Part shown: piece after piece, positions 59,400 through 64,000 of the stretch
How the letters are laid out: each line of letters begins with the position of its first letter
Position numbering within the stretch: the first letter of the stretch is position 1
DNA from: Pavona decussata
Lineage: Eukaryota
NCBI GenBank assembly: GCA_977016875.1
Contig: CDRNST010000056.1
Coordinates: forward strand, 1,178,001-1,242,000
Reading direction: 5' to 3'
Length of the DNA stretch: 64,000 nucleotides
The notes under the pieces: generated by a model
What the model was told of the DNA's origin: nothing
Seen by the model: only the letters and a program-made list of their open reading frames with translations
Database searches by the model: none
Translations under genes and position numbers: made by a program

Positions 59400-62366
59400 C
59401 AATGTTTTAAGAGGAAGCCTCCAATCACCTGACGGTGGTTTTCAGGAGGGTCCTCTAAAATAAAGCTTAAAAATACATTAAAATAAAACTAAAATACAGC
59501 TAAAAAGTGGGACACAAATAAGGTTCAGTTAAAGATACTAACTGAAGTTAATTGTTTTATAAAATATAAAACTGAGTAGTTTGTGATTAAAATCGTTCAA
59601 ACTAAAAATTAAGATAATACTAACTACAGTTAAAAATGGGTAAGTTCATATTTTTAATTATAATGGATAATTTGTGTACTATGTTACACCATCTTACCGT
59701 CTGGCCGCCTTATACAGGAGAAATAGTATGATGCTTATCTCACCTGGGAGTCCTGCATCAAACTTGTAAGGCACGGTTCTGTCTTGCCAAAGAATCATTC
59801 TGTTGCGGTCAGCGTTCCTTTTTTGCCGACTCGGCTCCAGGTCCCCGTCCACATCCCCTTCCTCCCTTGTATCCACAAACTTCAAATCAAACGGGGACAG
59901 AACTATGTCGCCCTCAAACATGGATTTAGCGACGGCTGGAATGAAAAATAATAATACTCAGTATATTTAACCTACCCCCTGTCGTGTGGTCTCGTGTAGC
60001 TAGATAAAGCAATGTAAGGAAATTTGGAGAAAGATATTCAGGTTCTACGATAAACGTACGCCCTGCAAACACTTGGAAAGTAAGAATTACGAACATCTCG
60101 TATTTACATATACCGGTGAAGTTCCGGAAAAAAGAGTGAAAGAAACGACACCTTGATTTAGCGTTTGGCTTAGAAGTACGTTTGATCTGTGAATGAAAAG
60201 ATTTCAAAACTTGCCATGCTTGGCACGTTGGTACGCTTGGTTGCCAAAAAAAAAAAAAAAAGAAAAGAAAAAGAAAAAGAAAATGACAATGAAATTGACC
60301 TAACTTCTGTAACATCATCCTTAAGAACCAAAACATTTTATAGCCCTATCCATCGGAATAAAATATGAAACTTGAATAACCTATTGACTATAACACGAAA
60401 CTGGTTCTGAGTAGAAAAACGTTTGAATGAAGAGGTCCGCACAACGCTGGAATTAAACTTGCAGGTAATTTTGCCGGATCTCTCTTGTGAAAGACCTCGT
60501 GTCAGGCGTCACTTGAACGTGAAAATACAAAACTGAATGCAAGGCTGGCACTACGGCAAAGGGCAGATTTATTAGTGGCCAATATTTCGACTACTAGAAT
60601 TAGTCTTCATCAGGGCCAGAGCTATACTGAAGGAAAATTTAGTAACGGCTCATTAAAGTTTGAAAACATATATGGTAAAAAAATGATTGGCTAATACATG
60701 ACATGAAGACAGCGTACTTGTCTTATGAGGTAACAAAAATATAAAAGTGGTTCTGAGTGTCAGTAATTTGTAACCTAAGTATCTTGCAGACGCTGGTCCT
60801 CAAAATACATGCCCGCAGTGCGAACCATTTTTTATCACAGTATTTGACTTACCCTTATTAGCATCGTTGATATGTCTGGATATCCCCTTCACTTGCTCTG
60901 ACGACCCGTCTCTTTCTAAAAACAAAACAGTTGTGTGCAGTCACCACAATGTTTTTCCCACAGAATGTTAACGTCCAAAAATATGGCTCTCCCTTACTTG
61001 AATAAATCGTTCATTCAGTTATTAGGAGAGGGGCATTTGGAACCGATCGGCGATCGGCTCCAAATACAGTAACAAAAACAACAACCTTTATTTTCCTCAT
61101 GGTTAATTAGAGAGTGTTATAATTACATTCTTGTATAGTAAATTTTTTTTAAAGTTTATTTTGAATAATTTTGAGTTGGCGATTGAGGATGGAGGCCAAG
61201 ATAACTGTCCGATTTTCTAGTTGGCCTCCACACTTGATAAGCAGTGAAAGACTACACAGAAACTTTGAAATGCCTTCTAAGGTGCTGCTTTCCTAGACTG
61301 GGAAGAGGAGAATTGGCGCCAAATACCTCCTGTTGATTTTGTCTTGCCTGGTTTCACTATATTAAACCTTCTTGGTGGCTTTTTCATAGGCTGAGATTTT
61401 GCGCACATAAATACTGACTGAAGGGCGTGTATTATTACTGCAATGAACAATTGACAGAAAACGTTTAATCCATGGAGCGCCTTCAAAAGCTAATTTAAAC
61501 TTGTTTAAAACACTTTGTCATTGTTTTAATTTTGAACGTATGAATGCGGTACCCTCTCAAAACAGGCAGGTCTCCAGGGAAGTTCAATAAAGCTGGAAAT
61601 TGATTGTAACAGTATTATAATGATTTGTGTTTATACAAAGGTAAATGTCAACTCACCGAAAGGTAAATGGAAAAAAATTATTCCTAGGGTAGGGATAAAG
61701 TAAAAATAAAACAAACTATGAATAGGTTGAAAACCCGTTTCAAATCTTTCCTTCAAGCGAGTAGAAATGTCTTTTCTTCAGACGCTTAACAATGCATTTA
61801 AAAAAATTACAATGTAGTGAACGATCGCTTAGGAAGAGACAAGGTCGCCGCTAAAATTGCTTCTGATTACGGGGTAGTGAGTGGCCAACGCTGGCGAAAT
61901 GACGGAGAGCTCGAACATCAGTCACTTCAAGCTAGAAAGCCGGTCGACACAAAACCAACAGTGTGAACTTAGTAGCTCACCAATAAAGTACAATATAATT
62001 GAAATTAGATTTAACATCTTAGAGAGCTTAAGTGAGGCACTCCCCTTGTGAAATTCCCACAGGCTTCCTTATCACCAGTTAGTTGCCCGGGGAAGGTGCA
62101 AGTAGCTTGCCGTGGCACCCTATACACTAAATATAATTTCATTGTCTTTCAAACGAAACCATTGGGAACAACAAAACATTCGCTTGTTTTAATAACCAAA
62201 GAAACGACAAATCCGCCGGGGTCCAAAACAGTTGGCATCAGTATCAATTTTTTTACTAGCTCTCTACAAACTCACCTACGCCCGGAAATTTAACAGGAAT
62301 GGCAGCGCCGTCCAAGATTAAGCCCAAAGCCAGACAAGCAAAGGCGACACCTCTCGCGGCAGCCAT
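49873..62366 (-). CDS. Astacin (M12A) metalloprotease: signal-pro-astacin-TSP1-TSP1-MAM-WSC-like, 13 exons, ~665 aa
   Basis: Exons 62366-62276, 60915-60853, 59935-59744, 59079-58965, 58001-57814, 56952-56734, 55931-55761, 54542-54363, 53235-53089, 52605-52349, 51951-51870, 51644-51499, 50019-49873. All GT-AG and phase-compatible, 1998 nt total. Motifs: FEGDI, RQKR/NA, HEMMHAVGFWHEQSRPDR, SIMHY, WSSWS, CDFD..CHW..FWYHMYG..LDDI. Confidence 0.92.
50100..51000. repeat. Degenerate intronic tandem repeat (core tagctttcatttgaatggtcacactttag)
   Basis: Core recurs near 50150, 50520, 50650, 50730, 50845 and 50962. Confidence 0.6.
50183..50421. mobile_element. P-element-like MITE, 7-bp TSD TCATGCG; inverted relative to 47989-48187
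   Basis: TIR CAAGAGACTATGAGGTAAGAGAGCGAATC and its complement; TSD at 50176-50182 and 50422-50428. Confidence 0.88.
51781..51799. mobile_element. Probable excision footprint of the CAAGAGAC MITE family
   Basis: ATTACCAC|CAAGAGAC-ATAGTCTCTTG|ATTACCAC. Confidence 0.8.
53729..53769. repeat. (AAC)n microsatellite
   Basis: Direct reading. Confidence 0.9.
54626..55357. mobile_element. PIF/Harbinger-like non-autonomous element
   Basis: TIR aagcc..ccgcacactagccgattttttgtcg / cgacaaaaaattggctagtgtgcgg..ggctt; TWA-type flanks; internal repeats of tagtgtgcgg. Confidence 0.75.
55534..55735. mobile_element. Palindromic MITE, copy 1
   Basis: gaacctcattacgaaagcgagg / cctcgccttcattacgaggttc arms. Confidence 0.72.
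56042..56217. mobile_element. Palindromic MITE, copy 2
   Basis: taggccatttccgagttgc / gcaactcgaaaatgg arms; same family as copy 1. Confidence 0.72.
58460..58660 (+). mobile_element. LINE 3' UTR remnant
   Basis: Hairpin cgaggagacctc / gaggtctcctcg followed by an (AAAT)n tail. Confidence 0.55.
59312..59396. repeat. (AAT)n microsatellite, probably a retroposon tail
   Basis: Perfect run next to an imperfect hairpin at ~59411-59455. Confidence 0.9.
60576..60618 (-). ncRNA. Minimal type I hammerhead ribozyme in astacin intron 2, sense orientation
   Basis: Minus strand TGGCC-CTGATGA-A-GACTA-attctag-TAGTC-GAAA-TA-TT-GGCCA; intact core, both stems paired, AUU triplet. Confidence 0.8.
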
Positions 62367-63520
62367 GTTTTGTTGGTTAAAGATGCCTGTAAAGTGACTA
62401 CTTTGAAATAACCAGCGTTTTCCCTTTTTATTTCATCGAGCTTAGAAAACTTCAGATGTTCTCTTCCCAGGTTAATAAGAGTAAGCCTTAAAAGGAATTT
62501 GTAGAGCTCTAAATACAAGGTGACACTATTTCCTCACACTTGCCTCCGTTTCGCCGTGATTGGACGGTGGCAACGAAAAATAATTATCGCACGTTACATT
62601 GTAATTGTAGCCGAAGGACAATGGCGAATCGTCGTTACTGCGAGAATCGGCGAAAGTGAAACGATACCGTATCAAATTTCGTTAACCATGGTTACGTTAC
62701 GATTCGCTGAATATTTCGAACGGTATATTTAGAGAAAATGTAGGCCAAGAACATTATTTAAACTGAAGCAAAGAACTATTAATGTTTAGACAGACGTTTT
62801 CCATTAGCGACCTGATATCTAACACGTTTTATTAAAAACGACAACTCGATGCTGAAATTTTATGAAATCTCAACAAAGCGAACCAGTTTCAATTTCGTCA
62901 GCTTTGACAATTTGCTTTCAAAGCTTGTATTTGGTTAAGCACTTTTCCAAGCATCCTGCAGGAAATTTAGAACATTGGCTTCAATTTCCGTTCTCTCCAG
63001 AAAAGCCATTTAACACCGAAAGTGTTTCAATCAAAGACGGCGAGTAACGGAGGACAAAAATATTCAAAAATAGTGTGAAATGTAAGGTCAATGAACAAAC
63101 ATGGCATTTGTGTAGCCTGGCAACGTATTCAGAATAAGAAAATTATTTTGAATAGACCCCGTATCGTTGTAGCTTTTTCCAAAGTTTGTTTCTCGGCTTG
63201 TAGGCAGAAAACCATTGACTCTATCAGACATGAGCGAAATCTTTGAATTGAAGTTTTGAAGAGGCTAACTTAATTGTTGTACCGGTATAACACTAGCTGG
63301 GCTCAGTGAACTTTACTGGTATATTCTCACTGGATCGGTGACAAAATTTACACAGTTAGCCGGCAAACATTTTCTCTATGAAAACACGGTCAGCTGTTTA
63401 CACCCGGCCGATGAATATTTGACGACGGTAGGGATCCAAATCTGAACCGCTCCTGAAGCACGTACAAACCTTGCACGGCCTGACTGGCGACAAATATAGC
63501 AAAAATTCCTAATCTAAATA

Positions 63521-63695
63521 CAGTGGAACCCCGATTTTACGATCGTCGATCTAACGACGTTCCCGATTTCACGATCAACATTCTATGTCCCGGCAAAAGT
63601 TATTTATAAGTCCAGAGTTCGTTTACAACGATATCTCGATTTAACGATATGGTTTTGCTGTCCCCTTGCCATAACGTAAAATCGAGGTTCCACTG
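63521..63695. mobile_element. Tc1/mariner (pogo-like) MITE
   Basis: ta|CAGTGGAACCCCGATTTTACG...CGTAAAATCGAGGTTCCACTG|ta. Confidence 0.85.
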
Positions 63696-64000
63696 TAAAC
63701 GGTTTAATTTGTCACAAGAAAAGATGGCATAAGAATATTTATCCCATAAACCAGTAAGAGTTGTGTTGCACTTGCCTTAAAAACAAAAAAATATATACGA
63801 TTTTTAACACTTTTCCGAATTTTTTCGATAGTTCTCCCCAGTTACGTTCTTCGGACGTTTCCTATCATTCCCGAAAATGTCCGATGATTTCTGAGCTCTC
63901 CTGAATATTTTCCGAAAATTTCCGCAGATCGTCTCATGACCATTTTCCGAACTTTTCCAAAGCCGTTGCCGAGACCACTGAAGATTCTCACGGAGGATAC

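Noticed and set aside
59121-59463. Poly-Leu and poly-Asn ORFs (also poly-Ile/Leu at 41133-41421, poly-Phe at 7842-8090)
   Set aside because: Translations of microsatellites and poly-A runs

Overview
Eukaryotic, intron-containing, repeat-rich animal DNA. The gene and repeat families suggest a cnidarian, probably a stony coral (inference only). From left to right: (1) a decayed Ty3/Gypsy LTR retrotransposon (82-5311, minus) inserted in one unit of a ~440-bp tandem duplication; (2) a 3-exon PAN/Apple-EGF-C-type lectin gene (6798-9752) whose lectin exon is missing from the ORF track; (3) a tandem array of five TRIM-NHL (RING-Bbox-Bbox-coiled coil-filamin-NHL) paralogues with single-exon CDS (13041-45698): three intact, one pseudogene with nested MITEs, and one split by an intact 3.7-kb hAT transposon with a 5-bp TSD. 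One intact copy looks like a recombinant chimera, and differences between close copies cluster in NHL propeller loops; (4) a Penelope-like GIY-YIG remnant ending in a minimal hammerhead ribozyme, plus a second hammerhead in an intron; (5) a complete 13-exon astacin-TSP1-TSP1-MAM-WSC-like metalloprotease gene (62366-49873, minus); (6) many MITEs, SINEs and LINE tails, including a P-element-like MITE family with an apparent excision footprint. Coordinates and translations were worked out by hand and may be off by a few bases.
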